Shown: positions 1 through 9,271 of the stretch, in pieces
Layout of the letters: each line of letters opens with the position of its first letter
How positions within the stretch are numbered: position 1 is the stretch's first letter
Assembly (NCBI GenBank): GCA_965213705.1
Contig: OZ243913.1
Location: forward strand, 32,001-96,000
Direction: 5' to 3'
DNA length: 64,000 nt
Source: Trueperaceae bacterium
GTDB lineage: Bacteria; Deinococcota; Deinococci; Deinococcales; Trueperaceae
Notes under the pieces: generated by a model
What the model saw: the letters and a program-made list of their open reading frames with translations, nothing else
What the model was told of the DNA's origin: nothing
Database searches by the model: none
Program-made: the position numbers and the translations under genes

Positions 1-1
1 G

Positions 2-2077
2 CGCCGCTCGGGCGACCCCTACATCACCCACCCGGTCGCGGTGACCGAAATTTTGGCCGAGTTGCGCCTGGACGCGGACGCGCTGTTGGCCGGACTGCTC
101 CACGACACCGTCGAAGACACCGACGTGACCTTTGAACAAATCGAGGCGGAGTTCGGCGCATCGGTGCGCCGAATTGTCGAGGGTGAAACGAAAATCAGCA
201 AGCTCGCCGTGCGCGTCTATGAGGACGAGCAGGCCGAAAACCTGCGGCAGATGCTCTTGGCGATGGTCTCGGACGTGCGAATCATCATCGTCAAACTCGC
301 CGACCGGCTCCACAACATGAGGACTTTAGCGTTTCAGCCGCCCCACAAACAGCAGCGCATCGCCAAGGAAACGTTGGAGATTTTCGCCCCGCTGGCCCAC
401 CGCCTCGGCATCAGCAACTTAAAAAACGAACTCGAGGACCTGAGTTTTCACTACTTAGAGCCCGAGCGCTTTGAAGCGCTGCAGCGGCAAGTGCGGATGC
501 GCCACACCGAGCGCGAGGCTTACGTCAAGCAGTCGATACACCTGCTCGAGGACCGCCTCAAAACCGAAGGCCTCAAGTTCGAGGTGTCCGGGCGCAGCAA
601 ACACCTCTACAGCATCCACTACAAGATGCAGCGCGACAACAAAAACCTCGACCAAATTTTCGACCTCATGGCGATCCGGGCCACGGTCGACGCCCCGAAC
701 GGCAACGGCATGACCGACGAGGACAAGGAAAAAGCGGTCTGCTACCGCGCGCTCGGCATCGTCCACAGCCTCTGGACGCCGATTCCGGGCCGCTTCAAGG
801 ACTACGTGGCGGTGCCCAAACCCAACGGCTACCAGTCGCTCCACACGACCGTCATCGGCTTGCGCGGCCAGCCCATCGAGGTGCAGATTCGCACTTCACG
901 GATGCACAAGGTCGCCGAGTACGGGGTCGCCGCGCACTGGGCTTACAAACAGGGGTTGGAAGACGTCGCCGAAATCGAGAAGCGGCTCGAGTGGATGAAA
1001 CAACTTTTAGACGTCGACGACACCGCCGAGAGCGCAGGCGCGTTTATCGAAACGGTCAAACACGACCTCCTGAGCGAGCGCGTCTTGATGTTCACGCCCG
1101 CGGGCGACCTCATGAACCTGCCGCGCGGCTCGACGCCGGTCGACTTCGCTTACCAGGTTCACACCGAAATCGGCCACCGCTGCATCGGCGCGCGGGTCAA
1201 CGGGCAAATCGTGCCGCTGAGCTACGAACTGCAAACCGGCGACCGCGTCGAAATCCTGACCAACCGCTCGGCGCAGTATGGCCCGAGCAGCGACTGGCTG
1301 AACTTGGCCGTGACCCGGAGCGCCAAGCAGAAAATTCGGCACTACTTTCGGCAGCAGGAAAAACAAGGGCAGTTGGAGAGCGGCAAACGCTCGTTGGAGC
1401 GCGCCCTGCGCCGCAAACAGCTCGGCTTGGGGCAGTACATGACGCGGGCGAAGCTCGAGGGGGCCGCCAAAAAGCTGCTGCATTCGGACAGCGTGGACGA
1501 CCTGTACTCGGCGCTGAGCAGCCGCCGTATCGCCGCCCGGCAGGTTGTGGACCTCCTCGCGCCCGGTGCCGAAAAACCGCCCACAACGCCCACCAAACCG
1601 CCGACCCCCAAGTCGGGCATCGGCGGCGTCTTCGTCGACGAACTCGACACGCCCGCCAAGCTCGCGCAGTGCTGCTCGCCCGTGCGCGGCGACGACGTGG
1701 TCGGCTACATCACCCGCGGGCGCGGCGTGACCGTCCACCGGGCGCAGTGTCCGAACGTCAAACACCTCCTGCAAACACAAGAGGAGCGCTTCGTCAACGT
1801 CACCTGGGACGTGCCCTCGGGCGAGGTGTTCCCGGTCGACTTCGAGGTCGTCGGGGTCGACCGACCAGGTCTTTTGAAAGACGTGCTCGACGTTATCGGC
1901 GGCATGAACAAGTCGGCCTCGAGGGTCAGCGCCGACGTCCACAACACCTCCTCCGCCCATATCCACTTCCGCGTGGACGTCAAGGACCAAAACGAAATCG
2001 CTTACATAAAAGACAACGTCTTCAAAATCGCCGACGTGACGGATATTTACCGGGCCAAGCCGGGGATAAAGGCGTAG
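2..2077 (+). CDS. rel: Bifunctional (p)ppGpp synthetase/hydrolase RelA/SpoT, 5'-truncated by the window edge
   Basis: Frame is open from base 2 (RRSGDPYITHPVAV). HD motif LHDTVED, KLADRLHNMRTL, synthetase RFKDYVAVPKPNGYQSLHT, TGS (TPVDFAY..HTEIG), CCSPVRGD and C-terminal ACT (DRPGLL) are present. Confidence 0.97.
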   Translation, partial: RRSGDPYITHPVAVTEILAELRLDADALLAGLLHDTVEDTDVTFEQIEAEFGASVRRIVEGETKISKLAVRVYEDEQAENLRQMLLAMVSDVRIIIVKLADRLHNMRTLAFQPPHKQQRIAKETLEIFAPLAHRLGISNLKNELEDLSFHYLEPERFEALQRQVRMRHTEREAYVKQSIHLLEDRLKTEGLKFEVSGRSKHLYSIHYKMQRDNKNLDQIFDLMAIRATVDAPNGNGMTDEDKEKAVCYRALGIVHSLWTPIPGRFKDYVAVPKPNGYQSLHTTVIGLRGQPIEVQIRTSRMHKVAEYGVAAHWAYKQGLEDVAEIEKRLEWMKQLLDVDDTAESAGAFIETVKHDLLSERVLMFTPAGDLMNLPRGSTPVDFAYQVHTEIGHRCIGARVNGQIVPLSYELQTGDRVEILTNRSAQYGPSSDWLNLAVTRSAKQKIRHYFRQQEKQGQLESGKRSLERALRRKQLGLGQYMTRAKLEGAAKKLLHSDSVDDLYSALSSRRIAARQVVDLLAPGAEKPPTTPTKPPTPKSGIGGVFVDELDTPAKLAQCCSPVRGDDVVGYITRGRGVTVHRAQCPNVKHLLQTQEERFVNVTWDVPSGEVFPVDFEVVGVDRPGLLKDVLDVIGGMNKSASRVSADVHNTSSAHIHFRVDVKDQNEIAYIKDNVFKIADVTDIYRAKPGIKA

Positions 2078-2186
2078 AAAAGCGTGTAGAGCAGCCCCTT
2101 CTCTTTCTTGAAAACGTCTTTGGCGATAATGGATACTTGGACTGACTGCAAGTGTTGAGGGCGGTGGCATCTGAGGGGGAACGCCT

Positions 2187-3320
2187 TCACCCACCTGAGT
2201 GAGCCTGCGTTTCTTGTCTTGCTCGAGTGAGTTGCTCGAGGTGGTTGACGTGCTGACCTATGTTACTTGTGCTAAACGTTTTTAGAAAGTGCTCGCGCGC
2301 GTTGACGCCGAACTGCTCGCGCAGAGCGTCGTCCAGGAGTAAAACTTTTATTTTCTCAGCAAACGCGGCCGCGTCTTCGGGGGGTACCAAAAAGCCTGTT
2401 TTGCCGTCTATAACCACTTCTACTATCCCGTCGACCTCGGACGCTACAACCGGCGTGCCGACAGCTTGGGCTTCGGCACCGACGTAGCCGAAAGCTTCAT
2501 TTTTGCTGGTGACCACACAAACCGACGCCCTGGCGAGAGCTTCCATCACCTCCGGCAACGGTTTATAACCGTGGAAGGTACACAGGTCGGCAACACCCAG
2601 TTCGGCGGCTCGAGCTTCGCAAACGCTTTTCTGCGCTCCTGCACCGTAAAATTCAACGTGAACGTCAGGCACGTGTTCACGAATGAACGGAAGAGCCTCG
2701 ACAAGCACCTGCTGATTTTTAGAGGGTGTGAAGCGACCCACGCTGACCAGGCGGTTGGGAAACCTTGGTGTGGGTTCAATCTGCGGAGGGGGAATGAGGT
2801 TGTGGAGCACCGAAATTTTGTTGGAAGGCAGGTGATAAACAGTCTGCAAATCGTTCGCCGAAGCTTGTGAGTTGGCGACGAGGTGGGTAGCAAAAAGATA
2901 AACGAAGCGCTTGCGCAACAACTTCAAATCTTCAACCCAGCCCGGCCTTTTGGCGTCGGCTCGAGTCTGTTTATAAAGGGTGCGGTACCAAGCTACTCGG
3001 GTGGGAATACCGGTAAAAGCGCCGACGAGTACACAGACGTTCACAGTGTTGAATTGACTGATAAGACAGTCTGGTCGGTAATTTCGGGCAAAACGATGTA
3101 GAAATACAGCGTCACGCCAACTCGTGGCCGTTTTGGAAGGCCAGCTCAAAAATAGCAGGTTCGACTCGGCGTTTTCTGAATCAAGTTGGTTACCCAAAAA
3201 GGTGACGCGGTGCCCGCGCCTAACGAGTTCGTCAGCCAAAGCACTGTAATACAGGCTGTTCGCCTTACCTTTTTTTGATTGGAACGCGATGGCGAAATGC
3301 GACACACACCAAGTTACCAA
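2187..3320 (-). CDS. Glycosyltransferase family 4 (start uncertain)
   Basis: VGRFTPSKNQ, EAFGYVGAEAQAVGTPVVAS and GIVEVVIDGKTGFLVPP are GT-B motifs. Visibly more AT-rich than its neighbours. Confidence 0.88.
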   Translation of the reverse strand: MVTWCVSHFAIAFQSKKGKANSLYYSALADELVRRGHRVTFLGNQLDSENAESNLLFLSWPSKTATSWRDAVFLHRFARNYRPDCLISQFNTVNVCVLVGAFTGIPTRVAWYRTLYKQTRADAKRPGWVEDLKLLRKRFVYLFATHLVANSQASANDLQTVYHLPSNKISVLHNLIPPPQIEPTPRFPNRLVSVGRFTPSKNQQVLVEALPFIREHVPDVHVEFYGAGAQKSVCEARAAELGVADLCTFHGYKPLPEVMEALARASVCVVTSKNEAFGYVGAEAQAVGTPVVASEVDGIVEVVIDGKTGFLVPPEDAAAFAEKIKVLLLDDALREQFGVNAREHFLKTFSTSNIGQHVNHLEQLTRARQETQAHSGG

Positions 3321-3456
3321 ATCCTATGAAAGGTAACAAGGTTCTCAGTTTTACCTTATAGCTTTCTTCCAGACCAACATTCAAGCCCCACCCTGTAACG
3401 AGGCGCACATCGCGCCTCGTGGTTTGTTGACGGCTCGAGCCGTGCTAGATTGACAC

Positions 3457-3918
3457 ATGCCGAATCCCGACGCCCCCGACTACCAAGCCATGCTGCAGGT
3501 CGCCTTGGAAGAAGCTCGCCAGGGCCTCAGTGAGGGCGGCATTCCCATCGGAGCCGCCCTGTTTCATAAGGACGGCCGAATCTTGGGCCGCGGCCACAAC
3601 CGCCGCGTGCAAGACGGCGACCCGAGCATTCACGGGGAGACCGACGCGTTCCGAAAAGCCGGACGGCAGCGCAGTTACAAAGACACCATTATGGTGACTA
3701 CGCTCGAGCCCTGCTGGTACTGCAGCGGGCTGGTCAAGCAGTTCGGCATCGGCACGGTGGTTATCGGTGAATCCGAGAACTTTCAGGGCGGCGCGGCTTG
3801 GTTGCGGGAGCAAGGCGTCGAGGTTGTCAATTTGAATTCTGCCGAGTGTGTTGCCATGCTTGCAGACTTTATCGCCGCACATCCAAACCTCTGGCACGAG
3901 GATATAGGGCTCGAGTAA
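3457..3918 (+). CDS. Zinc-dependent cytosine/nucleoside deaminase (yeast FCY1-like)
   Basis: EGGIPIGA, GRGHNRRVQ, HGE and PCWYC zinc motifs, WHEDIG C-terminus. TGnTAGATT lies 5 nt before the ATG. Confidence 0.9.
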   Translation: MPNPDAPDYQAMLQVALEEARQGLSEGGIPIGAALFHKDGRILGRGHNRRVQDGDPSIHGETDAFRKAGRQRSYKDTIMVTTLEPCWYCSGLVKQFGIGTVVIGESENFQGGAAWLREQGVEVVNLNSAECVAMLADFIAAHPNLWHEDIGLE

Positions 3919-3921
3919 CCC

Positions 3922-4320
3922 TCACTCCATGTCCACGGCGACCCTGCGGCCCTTGAAAAACAGCGTGAGCTTCTCAAAATACTGCTCGAGGGCAAAAACG
4001 AGCGAGTAACCGACGATTTCTTCGGCACCCATAGCGCCCCAGCCGAGCAGCGAACCCAACCTACCAGCAAGGTAGAAAACGCCGACGAGGGTTGCAAAAT
4101 TTTCCACAAGTTTTGCCATGTTAGGACGCGGCTCCCCCACCCCGTCCCTCACGCCGCTCGCCGTCCTACCCCGGAAGACGTACCAGACAATGTAAAGAAC
4201 GACCAACAACAAACCGTACCGAAAAAGCAGTTCCGTCCACACCCTGTCCACCTGCCTTACAGCTACTTTAGAGGATGTAAAAGTGAAGATGTCGGCCGAA
4301 ACCGGCCTTTTCAACCCCAA
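3922..4320 (-). CDS. Hypothetical membrane protein (start uncertain)
   Basis: ORF with two or three hydrophobic segments that fills the gap downstream of the tRNA cluster. No family recognised. Confidence 0.45.
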   Translation of the reverse strand: MGLKRPVSADIFTFTSSKVAVRQVDRVWTELLFRYGLLLVVLYIVWYVFRGRTASGVRDGVGEPRPNMAKLVENFATLVGVFYLAGRLGSLLGWGAMGAEEIVGYSLVFALEQYFEKLTLFFKGRRVAVDME

Positions 4321-4321
4321 A

Positions 4322-4365
4322 GAAAAACCCGCGCTTGTCCAGGGCGCGGGTCAATCAGGGAGGTA
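4322..4365 (-). ncRNA. Candidate very short sRNA with a CCUCCC (anti-SD) 5' segment and an intrinsic terminator
   Basis: Minus strand reads TAAACT (-10-like, 4376-4371), then ACCTCCCTGATTG, then hairpin ACCCGCGC/GCGCGGGT followed by TTTTT. Confidence 0.3.
4323..4351 (-). terminator. Rho-independent terminator
   Basis: 8-bp GC stem (acccgcgc...gcgcgggt) followed by a T5 tract on the minus strand. Confidence 0.7.
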
Positions 4366-4547
4366 AGGACAGTTTAGGGCTGCACTCTTACAAAATTCTT
4401 ACAGGTTCGGGCGAGATGTTTGAGCCGCTGGAAATACCGGAAGCACCGGCAAACTTCGCAGGTGTAAATCAGGCGTGTACGACCAAAGCAAACAAGCCGG
4501 TGCAGAACACCCGGCTCCTCTTTTGCCGTTGCTGACTCTATTTTTAG

Positions 4548-4623
4548 TGGTGGGCGATGAGGGACTTGAACCCCCGACATCCTCCTTGTAAGGGAGGCGC
4601 TCTTCCAGCTGAGCTAATCGCCC
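4548..4623 (-). tRNA. tRNA-Val(TAC)
   Basis: Reverse complement GGGCGATTAGCTCAGCTGGAAGAGCGCCTCCCTTACAAGGAGGATGTCGGGGGTTCAAGTCCCTCATCGCCCACCA folds as a cloverleaf. Anticodon TAC, CCA end encoded. Confidence 0.97.
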
Positions 4624-4769
4624 ACGAGAGGTAACATCTTTCAACACACATCATTCAGCTCATCCAACAATACCGTCGCGCAAGAAAAGCATCATCTTCA
4701 ACAACCGGCAGCAGCCTCGAGAAGCTTCTAAGATTAAAGGTACCACCCACGCGGATGATACCTTCACCT

Positions 4770-4844
4770 TGGTGACCCCTACGAGATTCGAACTCGTGCC
4801 GCCACTGTGAAAGAGTGGTGACCTAACCGCTAGTCGAAGGGGCC
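4770..4844 (-). tRNA. tRNA-Glu(TTC)
   Basis: Reverse complement GGCCCCTTCGACTAGCGGTTAGG...CCACT-CTTTCAC-AGTGG...GTTCGAATC...GGGGTCACCA. Confidence 0.96.
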
Positions 4845-4848
4845 CTGC

Positions 4849-4924
4849 TGGTGGGTCGTACAGGGCTCGAACCTGTGACCCGCTGATTAAAAGTCAGCTG
4901 CTCTTCCAACTGAGCTAACGACCC
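4849..4924 (-). tRNA. tRNA-Lys(TTT)
   Basis: Reverse complement GGGTCGTTAGCTCAGTTGG...GCTGA-CTTTTAA-TCAGC...GTTCGAG...CGACCCACCA. Confidence 0.97.
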
Positions 4925-4989
4925 CTGCAGTACCTGGGCCGGAGCCCGCACCTTCGGCAAACCCCTCAGGGCTCGCCTACAGCCTGACC

Positions 4990-5019
4990 AGTATATGGAC
5001 TAAAGAGAGGACCTGTCAA
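4990..5019 (-). promoter_or_regulatory. Sigma-70-type promoter of the tRNA Lys-Glu-Val operon
   Basis: Minus strand TTGACA-N18-TATACT about 65 nt upstream of tRNA-Lys. Confidence 0.75.
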
Positions 5020-5243
5020 GGTGCTGGCGGACAAGTATTTCGCGGTGCAGACGGTCGTTGAAGAGGTCTTCTCTTAAACTTGGTTTCGTAAGGCGAGCCT
5101 CACTTCAAATCGAGGAGCGAACTGCAGAAAAGTTTTCGACTGCGTTTTATTTTTCCTACTCGTCACCCGGACAAATCGACCCGGACGAAGCGGATGACAC
5201 TTTCGTGACATACGAAATCCCCCTACGCTCTAAAATTTAGGTA

Positions 5244-6422
5244 GTGGAACGGTTAGCACTTATCGGCGTCTCACACAGGCGCGGCGGGGCGGCGGCGCTC
5301 GAGGCGTGGCAGCGAGGTTTCAAGGCGGCGGATTTTGAGCGCTATGGCTTGGAGGAGTGGGTACCTTTGGTGACCTGCAACCGCTGGGACCTCGTCACCG
5401 TGTTGCCTGCAGGGATGAACGTGGCGGAGGCGAGGGCGCAGCTTACCCCGCCGGGTTCAAAAGTGCGGCCCTACGCGTTTTTAGGCGACGGGGCCTTGGA
5501 ACAGCTCAGCCGCGTGGCCGCGTCGCTCGACTCGCTCAACCCCGGCGAGGACCAGATTATGGCGCAGGTGAGAGAGGCCTTCAGCGCGGCGCAGGCGTCG
5601 GGAACAACTGGTAAGACGACGATGTTCGCGTTTCACACGGCGCTGCGCATCGCCAAAAAGGTGCGGCGCGACGTCGACCTAGCGCCGCTGCACACGTCGC
5701 TCTTCAGCCTGGCGCGGCCGCAGTTGGAACGCAGCCTAGCGCCCGGTGACCGCGTCGCCGTCCTCGGCGCGGGCGAGATGGGCACGCTGGCGGCGAAGTC
5801 TTTGGCGGAGAACAAGAACCTGCACCTGACCATCGTCAACCGCACACCGGAGCGCGCGGCCCAGCTCGGCAAACACCTCGGGGTGGAGAGTTTAAGCCTG
5901 GCCGAGTTTTTAGCGTCGCCGCCCCCGCTCGAGGCCCTCGTCTGCGCACTGTCCGCAGGCGACGTGGTGGACGAGACCGTGCTCGAGAAGCTGCCCACGC
6001 TTAAAACGATTGTCGACTTAGGCGTGCCGCGCAACCTCAAGGCGGGGGCGGCGCGTGGGGTGTGCGTGCTCGACGTGGACACGCTGCAGGCGGCGGGAAA
6101 TATGCGCCGCACGGCGATGACCGACAAGCTCGCCCGCGCCGAACGGCTCATCCAGGACGAACTCGAACTCGCCCGCGTTGAGTGGACCGAGCGGCAGTTG
6201 GGGCCGTCCATCAAACGGCTGCGCGACTGGTACTTGGACACCATCGGCGACAGCCTGCCCGCCGCCGACGCCGCCAAACTCGCCCACAAGTTCGCGCACG
6301 TGCCTATCAAAGGCTTGCGGGCGGTGGCGCGGGAGTACGGGCTCGAGGCGGCGAAGGTGTTTTTGGAGGAAACCGGCTTGAACGATAGGGTAAATGACGG
6401 CTTGAACGACGGGGTTGAATGA
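5244..6422 (+). CDS. hemA: Glutamyl-tRNA reductase
   Basis: Catalytic TCNR, VAASLDSLNPGEDQIMAQV, NADPH motif GAGEMG and DLGVPRN. Confidence 0.93.
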   Translation: MERLALIGVSHRRGGAAALEAWQRGFKAADFERYGLEEWVPLVTCNRWDLVTVLPAGMNVAEARAQLTPPGSKVRPYAFLGDGALEQLSRVAASLDSLNPGEDQIMAQVREAFSAAQASGTTGKTTMFAFHTALRIAKKVRRDVDLAPLHTSLFSLARPQLERSLAPGDRVAVLGAGEMGTLAAKSLAENKNLHLTIVNRTPERAAQLGKHLGVESLSLAEFLASPPPLEALVCALSAGDVVDETVLEKLPTLKTIVDLGVPRNLKAGAARGVCVLDVDTLQAAGNMRRTAMTDKLARAERLIQDELELARVEWTERQLGPSIKRLRDWYLDTIGDSLPAADAAKLAHKFAHVPIKGLRAVAREYGLEAAKVFLEETGLNDRVNDGLNDGVE

Positions 6423-6516
6423 TGACCAGACTCAGCCAGTGGCTCGTAGCCGGTAGCCTGCAGTTCTCCTACAAGCCACAAACCACTGGCTACAAACTCC
6501 ATCCAGGGAGAGGACT

Positions 6517-7404
6517 ATGAACCTCATCCGCATCGCCACCCGCAAAAGTCAACTCGCCCTGTGGCAAGCGAACTTCGTCAAAAGTCGGCTCGAGGCCCTC
6601 GGCCACGGGGTCGAACTCGTTTTAATCGAAACGCAGGGTGACAAGGATTACCAGCCGTTCGCACTCATGCAAGGCCAAGGGTTTTTCACCAAGGCCGTGC
6701 AGGACGCGGTGTTGGCGGGCGAGGCCGACGTGGCCGTCCACTCGCACAAAGACCTGCCGAGCGCGCCCATGCCGATGTTGGAAATCGCCGCCGTGACCGA
6801 ACGCGCCGACCCGCGCGACGTGTTGCTGGTGCGACCGGAAAAGTTTGACTCGAGCGCGCAAAACTTGCCCCTGACAGAAGGTGCGACCGTCGGCACGAGC
6901 GCGGTGCGGCGGCAAAAACAGCTGCTCGCCTTACGCCCCGACCTCGTCACGAAAGAACTCCGCGGCAACGTGCCGACGCGGGTACAGAAACTGCGCGACG
7001 GCCTATATGACGCGATTGTTCTGGCGGCGGCGGGCCTGGAGCGCCTGGACCTCGACTTGTCCGGCTTGGAAACCCTCGTCCTCGAGCCCCACGTGATGGT
7101 GCCCGCCCCGGCGCAGGGCGCGCTGGCGCTCGAGACGCGCCGCGACGCTTACGAGGTCGCCTCCGTCCTGACCGACCTCCACGACCTCCGCAGCTACAAA
7201 GCCGTCGCCGCCGAACGCGGACTGATGGCGATGCTCCAGGGCGGCTGCCAACTCGCCCTCGGCGCGCACGCGGTTTATGAGGACGGCGTCGTCAAGCTTA
7301 AAGCCTGGTACGAAGGCCACTACATCGAGGTCGCCAACCCTTCTTCAGAAGGCGCGGCGATGCTCGCCTTCGAGGCGCTCGGGCGACCGACGGTAGAAAC
7401 TTAG
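6517..7404 (+). CDS. hemC: Hydroxymethylbilane synthase (porphobilinogen deaminase)
   Basis: IATRKSQLALWQA, AVHSHKDLP, RGNVPTR, PAPAQGAL and GGCQ (cofactor Cys). Confidence 0.96.
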   Translation: MNLIRIATRKSQLALWQANFVKSRLEALGHGVELVLIETQGDKDYQPFALMQGQGFFTKAVQDAVLAGEADVAVHSHKDLPSAPMPMLEIAAVTERADPRDVLLVRPEKFDSSAQNLPLTEGATVGTSAVRRQKQLLALRPDLVTKELRGNVPTRVQKLRDGLYDAIVLAAAGLERLDLDLSGLETLVLEPHVMVPAPAQGALALETRRDAYEVASVLTDLHDLRSYKAVAAERGLMAMLQGGCQLALGAHAVYEDGVVKLKAWYEGHYIEVANPSSEGAAMLAFEALGRPTVET

Positions 7405-7416
7405 AGGATGTTTTAG

Positions 7417-8106
7417 GTGAAGCTCAGGGTCGCGCTCACGCAGTCGCCGGGCAAGCTGGCAGGCTTGGAGGCAGGCTTGCTCGAGCGCGGTTTCGAGGTC
7501 GTGCGCAGCCCCTTGATAAAAACCGAGCCGCTTTTGACGCAAACCGTCAGGGAGCACGCCGAGGTTTTGTTAGGTTGCCCCTGGCTGCTGTTCACGAGCC
7601 CGAGCGGGGTCGAGGCTTGGGGCGCGCTCGAGCTGGGTTTCGGTGGGGCGCGGCTCGGCGCGGTCGGGGCCAAAACGGCGGCGGCGCTTGAAGGTTTGGG
7701 CGGTAGGGTCAGTCTCGTCGGCGAGCCGCAAACTTCGCTCGGACTGGCCGAGGCTTTTTTGCAAGATGCAAACGCCGCCGCGCCCGTCGGGCTGCCGCGC
7801 GGTGACCGGGCGCTGCCGACGTTGCAGGACGCGTTGGAGAAAAACGGCCTCGAGACCCGCCCGCTGGTGGTGTACCGAACAGTTACCAACGCCTTTAACG
7901 CCGATGATGTAGATGTGGTTGTCCTCAGCAGTCCCTCGGCGGTCGAAGCCCTGCCGCGCACTGTCGGGGCGCGCGCCAAGCTTGTCGCCCTCGGTCCCAG
8001 CACGGGCGCGGCCATTGCGGAGTACGGCTGGAGCTACGTCCAGGCCGACCGCCCCGACGCGGACGCCGTGCTTGACGCCCTCGAGACCCTGACGCCCTCA
8101 GCTTAG
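7417..8106 (+). CDS. hemD: Uroporphyrinogen-III synthase
   Basis: LFTSPSGV, AVGAKTA, VYRT, SSPSAV and LGPST motifs. Lies between hemC and hemB. Confidence 0.88.
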   Translation: MKLRVALTQSPGKLAGLEAGLLERGFEVVRSPLIKTEPLLTQTVREHAEVLLGCPWLLFTSPSGVEAWGALELGFGGARLGAVGAKTAAALEGLGGRVSLVGEPQTSLGLAEAFLQDANAAAPVGLPRGDRALPTLQDALEKNGLETRPLVVYRTVTNAFNADDVDVVVLSSPSAVEALPRTVGARAKLVALGPSTGAAIAEYGWSYVQADRPDADAVLDALETLTPSA

Positions 8107-8161
8107 ACACCTTTTACGACGCCACCAGTCCAGCCGCCGACCGGACCGCAAAAAGGAAACC

Positions 8162-9271
8162 ATGACCCTGACGAAAACGAAGCTCGAGCCCACCCTTACC
8201 AAGCGCCCGCGCCGCCTGCGGGCGACAGCCGCGCTCCGCACCCTCGTCGCCGACACCTTTTTGCGGCCCGAGGACTTCATCGCGCCCTACTTCGTGGTGC
8301 CGGGCCACAATGAGGTGCAGCCGGTCGGCGCGCTGCCCGGCGTGTCGCGCTTCAGCGTGGATAGGTTGATGGGGGAACTCGAGCGCGCCCTCAACTTGGG
8401 CGTCCGGGCGGCGGTGTTGTTCGGCGTCGTGCCGGAGAGCGGCAAGTCCGCCGACGCGAGCCTGGCCGACGACCCGCAAGGCCCCATCAACCGGGCGCTG
8501 CGCGAGGCGCGGGCCGCCTTTGGCGACGACATTGTGCTCGTCACCGACGTGTGTTTGTGCAGCTACACCGACCACGGCCACTGCGGGCTCCTCAAAACGA
8601 CGCCGCGGGGGACGGTGGTGGACAACGACTCGAGCTTGGGGCACCTTGCAAACATGGCGCTCTCTCACGCCCATTCCGGGGCCGACCTCGTCTCGCCGTC
8701 CGATATGATGGACGGGCGGGTTTCCGCGATTCGGCAAACCCTCGACGCCGAGGGGCACAGCGAGGTCGGGATTCTTTCTTACGCGGTGAAGTACGCTTCG
8801 GCCTTTTACGGGCCATTTCGGGAGGCGGCGGGGTCGGCCCCGAAGGAGGCCCCCCCTGTCGTCGCTGACGCCCAACAACCCCCCCTTTTAGGGGGGGACC
8901 GACCGAGCGAAGCGTTGGTCAGGGGAGGTCCGCCCAAAGACCGCAAGACGTACCAGATGGACTACCGCAACAGCTCGGAAGCCCTGCGCGAAGCCGCGCT
9001 CGACGAGGCCGAGGGCGCGGACATGCTGATGGTCAAGCCCGCGCTGCCCTACTTAGACGTGCTGGCACGACTGCGGGAGAAGACGGTTTTACCGCTGGTG
9101 GCCTACAACGTCTCGGGCGAATACGCCATGCTCAAGGCGGCGGTGAGCGCGGGCGCGCTTGAAGAAGCGCCTGCCGTGCTCGAGTCCCTGACCGCCATCA
9201 AGCGGGCCGGGGCCGACCTAATCGTCAGTTACCACGCCGTAGAGGCACTGGAAAAAGGCTGGTTGGCTTGA
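8162..9271 (+). CDS. hemB: Porphobilinogen synthase (Zn-type) with an in-frame insertion
   Basis: RPRRLR, DVCLCSYTDHGHCG, SPSDMMDGR, KYASAFYGPFREA, YQMD, MVKP and YNVSGEY. Confidence 0.96.
   Translation: MTLTKTKLEPTLTKRPRRLRATAALRTLVADTFLRPEDFIAPYFVVPGHNEVQPVGALPGVSRFSVDRLMGELERALNLGVRAAVLFGVVPESGKSADASLADDPQGPINRALREARAAFGDDIVLVTDVCLCSYTDHGHCGLLKTTPRGTVVDNDSSLGHLANMALSHAHSGADLVSPSDMMDGRVSAIRQTLDAEGHSEVGILSYAVKYASAFYGPFREAAGSAPKEAPPVVADAQQPPLLGGDRPSEALVRGGPPKDRKTYQMDYRNSSEALREAALDEAEGADMLMVKPALPYLDVLARLREKTVLPLVAYNVSGEYAMLKAAVSAGALEEAPAVLESLTAIKRAGADLIVSYHAVEALEKGWLA
8849..8929. repeat. Palindromic REP/MITE-like element inserted in-frame in hemB
   Basis: CCCCCCCTG...CCCCCCCTTTTAGGGGGGG...GACCGA-GCGAAGCG-TTGGTC...CAGGGGAGG: nested hairpins inside the loop between AAGSAP and DRKTYQMD. 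Confidence 0.6.

Noticed and set aside
2078..2145. Possible decayed duplicate of the rel 3' end (gaaaacgtcttt..ggatactt versus gacaacgtcttc..ggatattt)
   Set aside because: The match is too short and gapped to distinguish from chance by eye.
991..2194. Long alternative-frame and antisense ORFs (991-2145, 1007-2194; likewise 38629-39861, 43592-45157, 53516-54595)
   Set aside because: They are shadow ORFs of GC-rich genes, Arg/Ala/Gly-rich with no motifs, and overlap well-supported CDSs.
4335..4547. Integrative element at the tRNA-Val 3' end
   Set aside because: No integrase and no duplicated tRNA 3' end (att) found in the window.
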